From sequence record LC494302.1: DNA of 64,000 nucleotides; one strand, 5' to 3'. Positions within the stretch are counted from its first letter, which is position 1; each line of letters begins with the position of its first letter. Shown here one piece after another: positions 49,621 to 61,997 of the stretch. Under the pieces are notes generated by a model. The model was given only the letters and a program-made list of their open reading frames with translations. It was not told the origin of the DNA and did not search any database. Made by a program: the position numbers and the translations under genes.

Positions 49621-51909
49621 ATGAATCTTACTCAATTGTTCAAAAAAAGCGACGAACTGGCAACATCTCTAGGTCATACATTCTTGACTATTGACCACGT
49701 AAGTGCCACAGTACTGACTATTGATAGCATCAAGAACGTATTTGAAGATATGAACATTGATGCAGACAAACTGCACAACCGCCTGATGAACTATCTTAAA
49801 AATACAACAGTTCCACATGCACCAAAAAGTGTTAAAGATGAAGACGCGAATCGAACTTCACTTCTAGTGAATCGCGTTGTACATGAGCTTTCTAAAAAAT
49901 CAGTTATTGAACAACTAAAAAGTGATGATTTTTCGATTGATGCATATTTTGTTCTATTCGAATGTCTGTCTTTCCCTAACACAGCACTAGAAGCTGCGTT
50001 AAAAGAAGAAGGTGTTAGCTGTACTGAAGCTGCACGTGCATTACAGAAACACGTTGAGTCACTTGATAAAGGTATCAACTTACAAAGTATTAATGACGAA
50101 CCGATTGGAGATAAAAAAGTGGCCCAACAGCAGCAATCATCTAAACAAAAAGGTTTGGAAGACTATACAACGAATCTAACTGCTCTTGCAAAAGAAGGCA
50201 AACTAGATCCTATGATTGGTCGCCAGAAAGAATTGTCTGCATTGATTGAGACTCTTGCTCGCAAAACCAAAAAGAATGCTATTCTCACTGGTGAAGCTGG
50301 TGTAGGTAAAACACAAATCATCGACGGGCTTGCACAAGCTATTGCTGATGGTAACGTACCTGAACACCTGAAAGACGTTGAAATTCTTTCACTAAATGTT
50401 GGTGCATTGACTGCTGGTACTAAGTATCGTGGTGAATTTGAAGAACGCATCGACAATTTGCTAAAAGAACTAAAGAAACGTGAAAATACTATTGTTTTCA
50501 TTGATGAAATTCATATTATGGTTGGGGCTGGTTCCGCAAGTAATGGTTCTATGGACATGAGCAATATGCTTAAGCCAGCACTTTCACGTGGTGAGATTCG
50601 TGTAATTGGTGCAACAACATATGATGAATATCGTAAAAATATCGAGAAAGATAGTGCATTAACTCGTCGTTTTATGAAAATTGACGTAGTTGAGCCGACA
50701 ATTGATGAAACTCGTGCAATTGTTAATGGTTTGAAACCAACGTATGAAAAATTCCATAATGTTGAGTTCACATCTGATGCAATGGATGCTGTAATTTCTC
50801 TCAGTGATAAATTCCTGAAGAATAAGCACTTCCCAGATAAAGCAATTGATCTAATGGATGCTGCTGCGGCTAAAGTTCGTTCACGTGACAACAATAGTAA
50901 GCTAATTACTGCCAATTTGATTCAAGAAGTTGTTGCTGGTATTGCCAATTTGGATATCAACGTGGTTGCATGTACTGAAAGTGATCGTATGCGTAATCTA
51001 CCAGATGCACTACGCTCACGTGTATACGGTCAAGAGGAAGCTATTCAAAAATTAGTTGATAACGTGATGGTAGCTCGTGCAGGACTGCGTGACAAATCTA
51101 GTGTTCAGGGTGCATTTATGTTTGTTGGACCATCTGGTACTGGTAAAACAGAAATTACCAAAGCATTAGCAGACGCAACTGGTGCGGAACTCATTCGCTT
51201 TGATATGTCAGAATTTTCTCAAGAACATACTGTTTCTAAACTAATTGGTTCACCTCCAGGTTATGTTGGTCATGATTCTGGTAACGGTTTACTGTTGGAT
51301 AAAATTGAGCAGTTCCCTAATGCAGTACTGTTACTTGATGAAATTGAAAAAGCAGATCGTAAAGTACTACTAACCTTCCTACAGGTTTTGGATGAAGGTC
51401 GTCTGACTGGTTCTCAAGGTAAAACTGTATATTTTAATAACGTAACTGTTATTATGACTACAAACCTTGGTGCGGCTGATTCAACAAAGCGTAGCATTGG
51501 TATGAGCGGTAGTGACACTGCACAGGACAAGGCAATTAAAGCATTCTTGCCACCAGAGTTTATTAACCGTATTGATAGTATCGTTACGTTTAAAGACCTA
51601 AGCAGTGAAGCTATTGACAGCATCATTGATAAGTTCATGGGTGGTTTGAATGAACAAGTCAAAGACCGTAATGTTAAAGTTACATTAACAAAAGCTGCAC
51701 GTGAATGGCTTGCGAAAAATGGGGTAAAAGTTGGTATGGGTGCACGTCCAATGAAACGTACCATTGAACAAAACATTCGTGTGCCACTAGCTAAAGAAAT
51801 GTTGTGTGGTTCACTTGTGAATGGTGGTAACATTACATTTGATGTTATTGATGGTAAAATCGGTATTAAGCCGAAACGTACCAAAGCTGTAGATAAAGCA
51901 CTAGTATAA
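49621..51909 (+). CDS. clpA: ClpA-like Hsp100 AAA+ unfoldase
   Basis: AGGAG RBS. NBD1 [25 protein letters not shown] and NBD2 [15 protein letters not shown]; no ClpB middle domain; SIGM loop. Confidence 0.92.
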   Translation: MNLTQLFKKSDELATSLGHTFLTIDHVSATVLTIDSIKNVFEDMNIDADKLHNRLMNYLKNTTVPHAPKSVKDEDANRTSLLVNRVVHELSKKSVIEQLKSDDFSIDAYFVLFECLSFPNTALEAALKEEGVSCTEAARALQKHVESLDKGINLQSINDEPIGDKKVAQQQQSSKQKGLEDYTTNLTALAKEGKLDPMIGRQKELSALIETLARKTKKNAILTGEAGVGKTQIIDGLAQAIADGNVPEHLKDVEILSLNVGALTAGTKYRGEFEERIDNLLKELKKRENTIVFIDEIHIMVGAGSASNGSMDMSNMLKPALSRGEIRVIGATTYDEYRKNIEKDSALTRRFMKIDVVEPTIDETRAIVNGLKPTYEKFHNVEFTSDAMDAVISLSDKFLKNKHFPDKAIDLMDAAAAKVRSRDNNSKLITANLIQEVVAGIANLDINVVACTESDRMRNLPDALRSRVYGQEEAIQKLVDNVMVARAGLRDKSSVQGAFMFVGPSGTGKTEITKALADATGAELIRFDMSEFSQEHTVSKLIGSPPGYVGHDSGNGLLLDKIEQFPNAVLLLDEIEKADRKVLLTFLQVLDEGRLTGSQGKTVYFNNVTVIMTTNLGAADSTKRSIGMSGSDTAQDKAIKAFLPPEFINRIDSIVTFKDLSSEAIDSIIDKFMGGLNEQVKDRNVKVTLTKAAREWLAKNGVKVGMGARPMKRTIEQNIRVPLAKEMLCGSLVNGGNITFDVIDGKIGIKPKRTKAVDKALV

Positions 51910-51915
51910 AAAAAG

Positions 51916-51946
51916 AAAAGGAGAGCATAATGCTCTCCTTTTTTTA
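51916..51946. terminator. Bidirectional terminator
   Basis: AAAAGGAGAGCA-taa-TGCTCTCCTTTT. Confidence 0.88.
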
Positions 51947-54900
51947 TTACTTAACTAATAATATATTTTTAATATCATTACCACTAACTTGTAGACTATC
52001 AGTGTATACTGAAAGATCTATAGTGTAACTATTTTGTGTGTAACGTTTTAACATATCATAATTACCTAAATTAATTCCATTGAAAGAATATGTAGTATTA
52101 AGTTTAAAATCATGTTCTGCACTATACATTACACCACGGAGTAAATTATTTGCATTTCTAACTTCAACTTTTTCATATCCAATCGATATAATATCATTCA
52201 TGTTTGCGGCTGAACCGGATAAAACATTATTTCTAATACTATAAGGACTTATTGATTTAGGTTGAGAAACATAGGTTGTATTTTCTTCACTAATGGTTGT
52301 GATGTTAGTAACAGTACCACCAACAACACCGATATACATACCGTCAACCATTGGGAATCCATAAACCCATATCCCTTCATTATTTCTAAACGGTTGAATA
52401 ACACTTGAATCATATTCGATAACGTTGATTTCTAAACTATCAGTCATTTTAGTTCTTGCCAATTCACTAAGAACTCCCGCACCCGTAATTGGTAAGTTAT
52501 AACCGTTATCGATAGTAATTCCATCAACATCAAATATTTCATTAGAGATTATCCAAACGTCAACGTCATCTGGTGTTATTCCGTCATTGTACTTACCACC
52601 ATTTAAAGTAGTATCGTAGAAAACATCATAATTAATTACATCAATGGTGTAATTTCTATTTTGTTCATACAATTTAATACCATTCTTGACAAATTCAGGG
52701 TCAGCAAATGTTCTAACACGAACAATGTTCAATGCTAGAGGCTGTACTGGCTCATTTTGTTGTGCAAGAGTGATGTTATCATAACGGAGAACTGCACCAG
52801 TACTCTCATCAATCAATTCAATCGTTTCCTTACCTGTATTTCTTACAGTGAATAGGATCGGAGTTGTATTGTTTTTGATGTTAGATACACGCAAGATTGT
52901 TTCCCATGTGTGATTTTGATATCTCACAAAATCTTCACCATCAGGAGTGAAAATCATCACCTTATCACCATCAGATAGGTCATTGTCAACTATTTCTGCT
53001 TCAGTTAAGCTATTAATAGATCTCACACGATAGAAATATTTTTCATCAAACTTCGATGTTGTTTTATTAATATCATTTTCAATCTTAGCATATGAAGGAA
53101 TACTTACAATTGCTTCTGTATGTTTATATGGATTGATAATTGCCATACCTTCAGTTTGATATCTGCTGTTATCACGTAATTGTACAAGAGATACATTGTC
53201 AAACCCATATCCATCAACTGTAAATCTAATTTGACCTACATCACGCCCAGAAGGGTTTATGTCAGATATATCCACAATATAAGGATCAACTTCATCATCT
53301 TTAACTTCCCATTTTATTGAAGAAGTTTGAGATTCCAATGCTAGGTTATCAAATGCATTCATATCATTGAAGTACTTAGCTTCAGTAATACTATCAAGTA
53401 TATATTGATAATCAGAATACATTGGATTATTTTGATCTAGTGGTAAATCATCAAGATTTATTTCAGCTAGTTCAACCATTTCACCATTTGTGATAAAATA
53501 ATCTTCCATGAAATCATCAATACTTTGTTCATCAGGTATACTTTGATATACACCGTTAACATTTAAGTAAACATATTTTCGTGGAATCATTGTAATTGCA
53601 TAGATATCAATTGGGGTCTTACTAAGAATCTCTTCAGCTTTTTCGTACTTATCAGTAGCGTCTTTGTCGAATAACCCTCTCATACCTGCTAATACGTGAA
53701 TAGCATCAGTATAGAAACGGGTATCACCACCTACTTCATCATAACGATAAACATATACACCATACTCAACTTCAAGTTTAACTTTTACTTCATAGTCTGA
53801 TGCGTCAGGATTTTTATCTTTAATTAATGAAATGTATTTTTGATACAATTCACTGCTTATTTCAAAATATCCATAGTTATAATCATTACTAGAAGAAAAG
53901 CCTAATGGAAGTCTAGTACTAGGATTGTCATTATAAGTAAGTCCACTAAATCCACATCCAACTTCATCGTGAATTTTCTCATCACTTATATCTTTATAAA
54001 GTTTCAAACGGTTTGCCAATGTGTTATACTGAACATATTGTCTAAGGTCAGTAAACATATCGTTATGCGTTGATTCTTTATAAACACGTTCCAATGTAGC
54101 AGTGAATTCATCAGTTGCTTCTAAATCTTCCGCATGGTCTTTATACCACTGGTTAACGCCATATGCTGTTCCTAGTGTTACATCCAATTCTGGATAGTAG
54201 ATTTGCATTTGATAAGCAATAAGAAGATCGAAAGTTTCTTCACTATATTCTGGGAAAGAATATATATAACGTTGTAATTCATAGTTACTAACAGCATCCT
54301 TTTCATTGGATTGATATTTGTTATTAACACTTACTAATTCATTTATGCTTGCCAAATCTTCATTTGGTTTACACTGAATATTATCATAATGCATAATAAT
54401 ATCAATTTCTTGGAATCTTCTATTTGGTGTAACGAAATCACTTGGTAGTGAACCTACCTGTTCCCATTTTTGGGTAATTTCATTAAATTGAGCGTACTCA
54501 TAATCCCAAATATCTTTTTCAGTTTTGATCCAAGAACCGTCAACGAAAATATATCCATTAGGATCTAAATCATTACATAGACCTTTTATTAAATCATCAT
54601 CAGATGTCTTTTGCTCTATTTGTGAACGAATTTTAGTTCTATAAGGTTTAACTTCTTCAAAATATTCAACAATTTGATTAATCAAATTATCGTTTGAATA
54701 GTTTTGAACTAATGATTGTTCCAAACCAACAATATAGATATATGATGTTTTAAATACCCAATCCACAACACTTTGTTCAACATGTACATATTTGACCATA
54801 TCAAAAACAATTTCGCTTTGATGTAAATCGAAAGAATTTTTGAGTAAAGCTAGTGCTTTACGAACGTTGATTTCACGATTGCTTAGTGAACCATTATCAT

Positions 54901-57900
54901 TATGAACACTATAATCTGCGTAAAGCATATCATTGAGTTCAACTGTACTGTTTTCACGACCAATCGCTTTCCAATAAATTGAATCGCGTGATTGTGATTT
55001 AATATACAATGTCCAAATGTTTTCACTATCGGTAACTCTGATAATATCGCCAACTTGGTAGTTTTTAGTATTAGCATCTTCTAAGCTTGACTCTTGAGTA
55101 TAAGTCGTGTTACTATCATATCCAACATCATACCAATCAGCATATGACCAGTACTGAGTCATGTCTAATGAGGTTCCTAGTGATTCAACATAATCAGATT
55201 GTTTAATCATTTTATGTTGTCCCTCACCTTTGTTTTCTAACGTTATAGTAACAACACTACCCGCGTTTGCTGGACTATTCATTAACTGAATATATCCATT
55301 TTCGTCGAAGTGAATAAAATAAACAGCACTAGAAGTTAATGGATTTGGTAGATATCCACTAGTACTTAAAATAACAGCGTCATTTTCTTTAAATTTATCA
55401 CTTTCAACTGCAATAACTAATTCATTATTGTAAGACAACACACGGAAAGAAACTTCATTAGGGTTAACTTCAGTGGTTTTAACATTAAACACATCTTCCA
55501 TAACAACACTATTAGTGGTTATGTTTTGTGACCTATAATAATTATTAGCACTTTCTACAAAGTTTCTACGAGCTTCTATAACATTTTGGAACCAAGTTTT
55601 GTTTGATCCTAAACCGTTATCAACATCTGGATATAATAAATTAATCACAGAACCTGATTCAGTTGTTTCTTGACCAATTAGTGAGTTCCACATTGAATCC
55701 CAAATTAGTGGGTTAAAGTTATAGCTGTCACCTTCTTTACATAGTTGATACTGGTCATGTTTAACAACTTCAGTACTATCCATGTAATAAGAAACAGTTA
55801 AAATACTGGTATCATCATTCACTTTAAATTGCATATTACTAAGAATAAACGAGTTTTCATTTATTGGAGCGAACCAAGGAATGTTTAGCTGTGTTGGATC
55901 TTTAATAATACGAGCAATGTCAGTACATGATTTCGTTCTGGTATGTAGTGGTGGTACATAAATTGTATCACGTACCCAGAAATAGTATTTTGTTACATAA
56001 CTATCAGTTGAACTATCATATTCCAAAAATGTACTATAATTATCTTCAAGTGCAGTTCCACTTGGTAGATACATAGTATTATTTTTGTTTTTCTTAGCAA
56101 CATCTTTACAGTATTTGTCCCAGTTATATGGCTCAACTGGTGAACAAACCCACTCTAACACATCAATGGTACTATGTGGTAACAAACGGCCCCAGTTGTA
56201 ACGTTTGTATTCATTGGTTGCATCAATATCAACATTACCGTCTGCGTCATAAATTGCACGAGTATAATCCAAATAAAATGCAGTGCTAGTGTTCCACCAT
56301 ACTTGACCAACTTTATCAGCACCCCAAGCCTGGATTAACTCTCCATTACTATTATACTGTGCAGGATCAACTGGTGAAGTATATGTTACGTTTTGCATAG
56401 CCGCACCTGGAATAACACCATTAATTGGGTCATAAACGTTTAGATATAGCTCAGTAATGTTAGTACGTTCATCATATGTCGTTGGACGATCAAATAAAGT
56501 ACTTTGTGGTGCTTTAAAACTATATTTCTTGTCAATGTAAGCTTGACGATCATCAGTACTGGCAAAACGTGATACATAACGATACAAACGTGGACGTGTA
56601 TCTGGATCAGTAAATTCAATATCAATAGAAGTGTCAAATGGAACTACCATAACTTTAGGATCAGAACCAGCAGTATAATATTGACTTTCTACTGTTAAAG
56701 TATCTGGCATAAAGTTAGTTTCATCAACAAAATAATAATAATCACCATCTTCAAGTGGTACATTATCAGTTAAAGTTACTTTACAAAATTGTTCAGCATA
56801 CACATCGGTATTTTCAATAGGTGTTATAGAAACCATTTGTACATTAGTATCAACCAATTCAAAAATGTTCCACAAACCATTACCGTCTTTAAACATCCAC
56901 ACAGATTCAGGATTTTCACCTTTACCATTAGTATAAGTTATGCGGTCATTATATGCAGTACTGAAATCTTTTGTTGTGTACGATACTTCATCCAATGTTA
57001 CTGGACCAATATCTGGAAGTTGGATGTTTTCACTTCTTCCACTACGCATTGGGAATGAGAACTTACCATTTGGACGTGTAATCCAACGAGGATCTTTACC
57101 TTGCTCACCGAAGTATACAATATGATTACCATTACCATTTGAAGTTGCATTTACATCAAAAGAAACCATTTGAGGTTGTTGTTTAAATTGGTCATTGATT
57201 AGTTTAAATTGAAGGTTTTTCTTACCATCAATATTACCATATGTACCAATTTTAAATGCCCATTCTTGTAATGCTTTATATTCATCAGTGTCATATGATT
57301 TAGAAACACGAAGTACACGTTCTAAAACTTGGTTAGTACCTTTATCGTGAATGAATCCTTTATAGAAATCAACACGACTAACATCACTACTAATCATACG
57401 CTGTAGATAATCACGAGATTGATAACCAATCAAATGGTTTGACAACTCTTGTAATTGTACATCACTTACTGGAGTTTCACTATCATAATAATGTTGGAAA
57501 TCCGACACTAATTTTTCAAATGATGGTAGTGTTCCAGCTTCCAAGATAATAAATCCAGGAGCTTGTAGGCGACCAGTCCATGAACCAGTAATATATCCAT
57601 ACATTTTAATTAGTTCTTGAATAGAACCATATGTTGGCTGATAAATGTAATCACCAAAAATAGTTTTATCATCAAAAATAACAGCATGTTCATATGAACA
57701 CAAACTTAAACGAATCAATGCAATGCGTTTATTAGATTCTAAAGTTCTAACAGTGAAGATATTTCCAATACGAGAAGTTTCAATTTCATATTGGCGAATA
57801 CCTTGGTTATTATCATCAAGTAATGACCATACACCACCATTATTTTGCGTAATAGATTGTACTGAACCAAAGTCTGCCCCAAATTTAGCGTTTGCAGCAC

Positions 57901-60900
57901 TTGGGGTACAAGAAATAAATTCACCAGTTACTAGAGAATTCTGACTCCAGATCACGAAATCTTTAGCAATAGTGTTCCAATCTTGTTGAGCACCACTATC
58001 ATTTACATCTTCAAAAATCCAACCATGTTCTTTAAGATATTCACCATATCCACAAATAAAAGTATAAACTTCTTGGTAACTATTGAAAACTTTACCATAT
58101 TCAATTGAAGCTTCAGACTTCCATTCATTATAATGAACAACATTACGGTTTTCCAATTTAAGAGTTACTTTTCTACCATTTTTTACTGGAAGTTTATATT
58201 TAAATTTAGCACCAACTAGATCATATCCATCAATCTGATATGCACTACCATTCCAAGTAATTTTGATCGCACTCATTTGCTCATCACGGATATTATTAGA
58301 ACGAACAAGACCAATGGTTTGGTTTTCTTGTGAAATAAGACCGAAAGATTTAGCATTGAATGTTAGCTGATCTGCTTTAGTAAATCCTCCAATTTTATGA
58401 CCAACATTTATATAAGAAGAACGAACTACATCCCCATACTTGGTGGTAATATTTTTATTTTGATACATCAAATGGTCACTTACAAACATTTGATAACCAA
58501 TTGTTCTTGTGCTATTTTCACCATGAACTACTGTATTTTTATCAAAATTAATACGCTTACGTGTATCACCATAAAGGAATTGTGAACCATCAGTGAATAC
58601 TTCTTTTAAGTTATCGTTGCGGGTATCCCAGAAATAGTTAGCAAATTGTGCTGGTTTAGCTTTATACAAAAGCATCATTTGGTCATATGCAAACAATGTA
58701 GTGTTCATGTATGTAAATTCCATGTCACCCATATCACCATATGTCCAAGGTTCTGCTCTATGATTTAAAGATCCAGACACTAAACCTAAAATTTCAGGTG
58801 CAATATATTCAACCACACAAATATCAATACCAGAAGATGTTTTATTTCCAGTTTTTGTAATTTTGAATGGCTGTACACCAAATCTTTTATATTTGTCATA
58901 TTGACCACGACGATCACCAAATAAAATAGTTCCAGTACTGCTATCTCCAATAGTTCCGTCAATATCCCAAAGACCACTAGGAACTAAATCACCTTGCTCA
59001 TTCATAACAAGTGCTTCATATACATATACAACATCACTATCACGTTCACCAACTTGAACAGCCGTTGGTTCGTATTCTTGGTTCCACCAAGTTGGACGTT
59101 GTGTAAAGCCAAACATTTCCCACGGATGGGTAGCTGGGCGATATGTACCATATTGGTCAGTGTAAATGGCACGCCATGAACCACGTGCAGGAATTTCAGT
59201 ACTTTGACCATTAACTACATAATAAGTGCCAGTATAGTTCCAAGTTCTCCAATTGTTAGGATCATAATCATGTGTACTATTACTGATACCATTAGTTGCG
59301 GTGAAGTTAATGTATCCACGTAGTAATAATGTTTGTTTCTCTTCAGCACTATATTCAGTTTTAGTGAAATATGGTGTAGGGAAAAGGTCATCACTATTCA
59401 ATACTGGTACGTAATCAACATCTTTGAATTTATTATCAATACTATTAAAAATTCTATTTTCTAATTCATATACAACATCATCCATTTTATCAACACCATT
59501 GATAACACGGTATGCTTTGGAAATAATACCAGTATGACTGATGTTATAACAGCTTGGTTTACTACCAGCAGTGAGGAATGTCGCTTTTTCTGGTACATAT
59601 GCTTGAAGAATACCTAAGAACTGTGGTGTTGGTGGTATAAATGCACGAATGAATCCAGAAGTACTTCCAACATTATCATAATAGAATGGGAATGAACTAT
59701 CACGTCCCATATTAATAGTAGTTAAAATTGCATCAACAATGTTTGCAGCACTATTTTGTAAAAAGTCTGATGGATTTTCATCATACATACGAAGCATTTG
59801 TGTATTAAATTTATTAATGAATCTAAAATATTCAGATTGCATAAACATAGTTGCTTCAAACAAATCAATATCTTCATTTGCAGTATGTGCCATCAATGGA
59901 AGCATAGATGCTTCATTTTGGATAATTTTAGTACCTACGCCATTATTAACCAATCCTTTAGCCAAACGTTCTTCATAGTCATTGAAATCATCAGAAGAAC
60001 CACGTGTAATGTTCTTTTGAATAATATCCTGAAAATGTAAAGTGTAGTCACCTTGGTTAATGTATATAATATTAGAATTATATGGGTTATTTTGTAGGTT
60101 GATTGGAACTTCATATGCACCTAATTCTTTATTAGGAGTTACAGTACTGCTATAAGTTCTAATTTGAATAACAGAATCTTCATCCAATTCTACAGTACTA
60201 TCTAGAGTGATGCTTTGTACTTGACCTTTTGAAACATTTTTGGTATATTTGGACACATCAACACCATCAACCACAACTTCAATAATATCAGAATCATTAT
60301 CTAAAACTTTTTGTGCCAATTCGAATGTATGGTCATATTTTACAATCTGAACACCATCACCAGTAATTGGATGCCAATCTAGATAAGTTTCACGGTCAGC
60401 TTTATAGTACTGATATGTTCTATCAACTTCAATAACATATGCATACATACCATCAACTGGTTCTTTAAAAACTTCCATATCATAAACAGTACTGAATACA
60501 CGATACATATCAGTACGTTGGACTTGTGGAGTTTGTTTTACAAATTGTTTAGAGTACTCTTCTGAACGAACCCAATCGGTTTGAAGATTCATTTCATTAT
60601 TTTCATCAATAATGTTATAATAGTATAAACCATCAATTTCAACTTCTTTTCCAAGATGGTCATAGGTATAACGTTGGGATTGTAAAAAGTTTTCATAAAT
60701 GTAATAATTATAATCACCAAGTTCAATGTTATATCCATATACACTATCAGTTGCATAGTTGTAATTTATTTTAAAACCAAACAACTCTGAACCTTTAAAG
60801 TTACTTGATGGATATGTAGTACTGTTGTCAAGTTTGATACCATTACGATCATAAAGTTGGAATTTAGGGAATACGTTAACACTAGTTTTTGATTGTGCAC

Positions 60901-61918
60901 GAACCCACAAAGATCCATTCCAGTACATAGAACTATTACCATACTCATTACCTTTAGTGATTAGAACAACATCACCATCTTGAGGTTCACCACTTGGGCG
61001 TGATTCGGTTTCTTCTTCTGGATCTAGTGCTAAACCATAAACACGAGTACCATCTTGCATTTTTTTCACATATACATTATAAATTCTATTGTTTTCACCA
61101 TTGTTACCAATACTGGTGAATAGAATACGCATTCCATCTTGCGGAATAATACCATCAATACGTATACCACTATTAATATCTTTTTGAACGATATCTTCAG
61201 GTTTAATAATATCAGAGAACAGATCAACAGTTCCACGGAATTTTGTACCGTAGTTAATTAGCTCAATATTTTTATTATATTCAATAATTGGTGCACGTGC
61301 ACGAATAAAACGTGAATCTTGCATTAATTCTTCAGTTAATATTGAGCCATCTTCTAATGTTTCACCTAAAGTATACCAAAAGTTTTGTAGTGACCATGTA
61401 TTACCATTAAGTGCTCCACGTTCCATTACAATGTAATCAGGTGAAGTAATATTATAAGAGTTTTTAGTATCCCAAAGATATGAGCTAAAATTGTTCATTT
61501 TATTTGGGTTAATAGCTGGAGTCCATGCATAAAACTTACCGTTGAACAAACGGCTTTCATTATCGGTTAGTGCTCCATAATGATTCATGTATCCAACTAG
61601 ATCATCATAAAATTGAATTGAACGAATTGTCGAATCATCATTTTTTGAGACGTAAGCAGTGGACAACTGATAAAGTTGACGTGCTACAGTACTTTCATGT
61701 AAGAAGATATTACCAGCAGCGGCAGGAGAACCCATATCACCAATATAGCCGTCAACTAATTCGTTTTCAGCCGGATTAAACCATTGTTGAATAACATCAT
61801 CACTGACTTTTTGAATATCTTCTAAGCCTTGCATCCACTCAGGCAATCTTTTAATAAAAAGCTTCTTCTGTACTGCTTCAGCCATCTGTGTAGGTTGAAA
61901 CTTAAAATTATTAGTCAT
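51947..61918 (-). CDS. Giant (about 3320 aa) baseplate wedge/virion structural protein
   Basis: Single uninterrupted ORF; GGAG before ATG 61918; TAAATA at 61955-61960; follows the gp6-like gene. Confidence 0.8.
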   Translation of the reverse strand: MTNNFKFQPTQMAEAVQKKLFIKRLPEWMQGLEDIQKVSDDVIQQWFNPAENELVDGYIGDMGSPAAAGNIFLHESTVARQLYQLSTAYVSKNDDSTIRSIQFYDDLVGYMNHYGALTDNESRLFNGKFYAWTPAINPNKMNNFSSYLWDTKNSYNITSPDYIVMERGALNGNTWSLQNFWYTLGETLEDGSILTEELMQDSRFIRARAPIIEYNKNIELINYGTKFRGTVDLFSDIIKPEDIVQKDINSGIRIDGIIPQDGMRILFTSIGNNGENNRIYNVYVKKMQDGTRVYGLALDPEEETESRPSGEPQDGDVVLITKGNEYGNSSMYWNGSLWVRAQSKTSVNVFPKFQLYDRNGIKLDNSTTYPSSNFKGSELFGFKINYNYATDSVYGYNIELGDYNYYIYENFLQSQRYTYDHLGKEVEIDGLYYYNIIDENNEMNLQTDWVRSEEYSKQFVKQTPQVQRTDMYRVFSTVYDMEVFKEPVDGMYAYVIEVDRTYQYYKADRETYLDWHPITGDGVQIVKYDHTFELAQKVLDNDSDIIEVVVDGVDVSKYTKNVSKGQVQSITLDSTVELDEDSVIQIRTYSSTVTPNKELGAYEVPINLQNNPYNSNIIYINQGDYTLHFQDIIQKNITRGSSDDFNDYEERLAKGLVNNGVGTKIIQNEASMLPLMAHTANEDIDLFEATMFMQSEYFRFINKFNTQMLRMYDENPSDFLQNSAANIVDAILTTINMGRDSSFPFYYDNVGSTSGFIRAFIPPTPQFLGILQAYVPEKATFLTAGSKPSCYNISHTGIISKAYRVINGVDKMDDVVYELENRIFNSIDNKFKDVDYVPVLNSDDLFPTPYFTKTEYSAEEKQTLLLRGYINFTATNGISNSTHDYDPNNWRTWNYTGTYYVVNGQSTEIPARGSWRAIYTDQYGTYRPATHPWEMFGFTQRPTWWNQEYEPTAVQVGERDSDVVYVYEALVMNEQGDLVPSGLWDIDGTIGDSSTGTILFGDRRGQYDKYKRFGVQPFKITKTGNKTSSGIDICVVEYIAPEILGLVSGSLNHRAEPWTYGDMGDMEFTYMNTTLFAYDQMMLLYKAKPAQFANYFWDTRNDNLKEVFTDGSQFLYGDTRKRINFDKNTVVHGENSTRTIGYQMFVSDHLMYQNKNITTKYGDVVRSSYINVGHKIGGFTKADQLTFNAKSFGLISQENQTIGLVRSNNIRDEQMSAIKITWNGSAYQIDGYDLVGAKFKYKLPVKNGRKVTLKLENRNVVHYNEWKSEASIEYGKVFNSYQEVYTFICGYGEYLKEHGWIFEDVNDSGAQQDWNTIAKDFVIWSQNSLVTGEFISCTPSAANAKFGADFGSVQSITQNNGGVWSLLDDNNQGIRQYEIETSRIGNIFTVRTLESNKRIALIRLSLCSYEHAVIFDDKTIFGDYIYQPTYGSIQELIKMYGYITGSWTGRLQAPGFIILEAGTLPSFEKLVSDFQHYYDSETPVSDVQLQELSNHLIGYQSRDYLQRMISSDVSRVDFYKGFIHDKGTNQVLERVLRVSKSYDTDEYKALQEWAFKIGTYGNIDGKKNLQFKLINDQFKQQPQMVSFDVNATSNGNGNHIVYFGEQGKDPRWITRPNGKFSFPMRSGRSENIQLPDIGPVTLDEVSYTTKDFSTAYNDRITYTNGKGENPESVWMFKDGNGLWNIFELVDTNVQMVSITPIENTDVYAEQFCKVTLTDNVPLEDGDYYYFVDETNFMPDTLTVESQYYTAGSDPKVMVVPFDTSIDIEFTDPDTRPRLYRYVSRFASTDDRQAYIDKKYSFKAPQSTLFDRPTTYDERTNITELYLNVYDPINGVIPGAAMQNVTYTSPVDPAQYNSNGELIQAWGADKVGQVWWNTSTAFYLDYTRAIYDADGNVDIDATNEYKRYNWGRLLPHSTIDVLEWVCSPVEPYNWDKYCKDVAKKNKNNTMYLPSGTALEDNYSTFLEYDSSTDSYVTKYYFWVRDTIYVPPLHTRTKSCTDIARIIKDPTQLNIPWFAPINENSFILSNMQFKVNDDTSILTVSYYMDSTEVVKHDQYQLCKEGDSYNFNPLIWDSMWNSLIGQETTESGSVINLLYPDVDNGLGSNKTWFQNVIEARRNFVESANNYYRSQNITTNSVVMEDVFNVKTTEVNPNEVSFRVLSYNNELVIAVESDKFKENDAVILSTSGYLPNPLTSSAVYFIHFDENGYIQLMNSPANAGSVVTITLENKGEGQHKMIKQSDYVESLGTSLDMTQYWSYADWYDVGYDSNTTYTQESSLEDANTKNYQVGDIIRVTDSENIWTLYIKSQSRDSIYWKAIGRENSTVELNDMLYADYSVHNDNGSLSNREINVRKALALLKNSFDLHQSEIVFDMVKYVHVEQSVVDWVFKTSYIYIVGLEQSLVQNYSNDNLINQIVEYFEEVKPYRTKIRSQIEQKTSDDDLIKGLCNDLDPNGYIFVDGSWIKTEKDIWDYEYAQFNEITQKWEQVGSLPSDFVTPNRRFQEIDIIMHYDNIQCKPNEDLASINELVSVNNKYQSNEKDAVSNYELQRYIYSFPEYSEETFDLLIAYQMQIYYPELDVTLGTAYGVNQWYKDHAEDLEATDEFTATLERVYKESTHNDMFTDLRQYVQYNTLANRLKLYKDISDEKIHDEVGCGFSGLTYNDNPSTRLPLGFSSSNDYNYGYFEISSELYQKYISLIKDKNPDASDYEVKVKLEVEYGVYVYRYDEVGGDTRFYTDAIHVLAGMRGLFDKDATDKYEKAEEILSKTPIDIYAITMIPRKYVYLNVNGVYQSIPDEQSIDDFMEDYFITNGEMVELAEINLDDLPLDQNNPMYSDYQYILDSITEAKYFNDMNAFDNLALESQTSSIKWEVKDDEVDPYIVDISDINPSGRDVGQIRFTVDGYGFDNVSLVQLRDNSRYQTEGMAIINPYKHTEAIVSIPSYAKIENDINKTTSKFDEKYFYRVRSINSLTEAEIVDNDLSDGDKVMIFTPDGEDFVRYQNHTWETILRVSNIKNNTTPILFTVRNTGKETIELIDESTGAVLRYDNITLAQQNEPVQPLALNIVRVRTFADPEFVKNGIKLYEQNRNYTIDVINYDVFYDTTLNGGKYNDGITPDDVDVWIISNEIFDVDGITIDNGYNLPITGAGVLSELARTKMTDSLEINVIEYDSSVIQPFRNNEGIWVYGFPMVDGMYIGVVGGTVTNITTISEENTTYVSQPKSISPYSIRNNVLSGSAANMNDIISIGYEKVEVRNANNLLRGVMYSAEHDFKLNTTYSFNGINLGNYDMLKRYTQNSYTIDLSVYTDSLQVSGNDIKNILLVK

Positions 61919-61966
61919 TTTTGGACTCCATATAATTCGTTCATTCATTTGATTTATTTATGATAT

Positions 61967-61990
61967 AAAAAAGGCGTTCCGAAGAACGCC
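61967..61990 (-). terminator. UUCG-tetraloop terminator
   Basis: Minus strand GGCGTTC-TTCG-GAACGCC-TTTTTT. Confidence 0.9.
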
Positions 61991-61997
61991 CGTTATA

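Noticed and set aside
49791-51884. Minus-strand ORFs of 95-156 aa opposite clpA
   Set aside because: Shadow ORFs of a well-supported gene.
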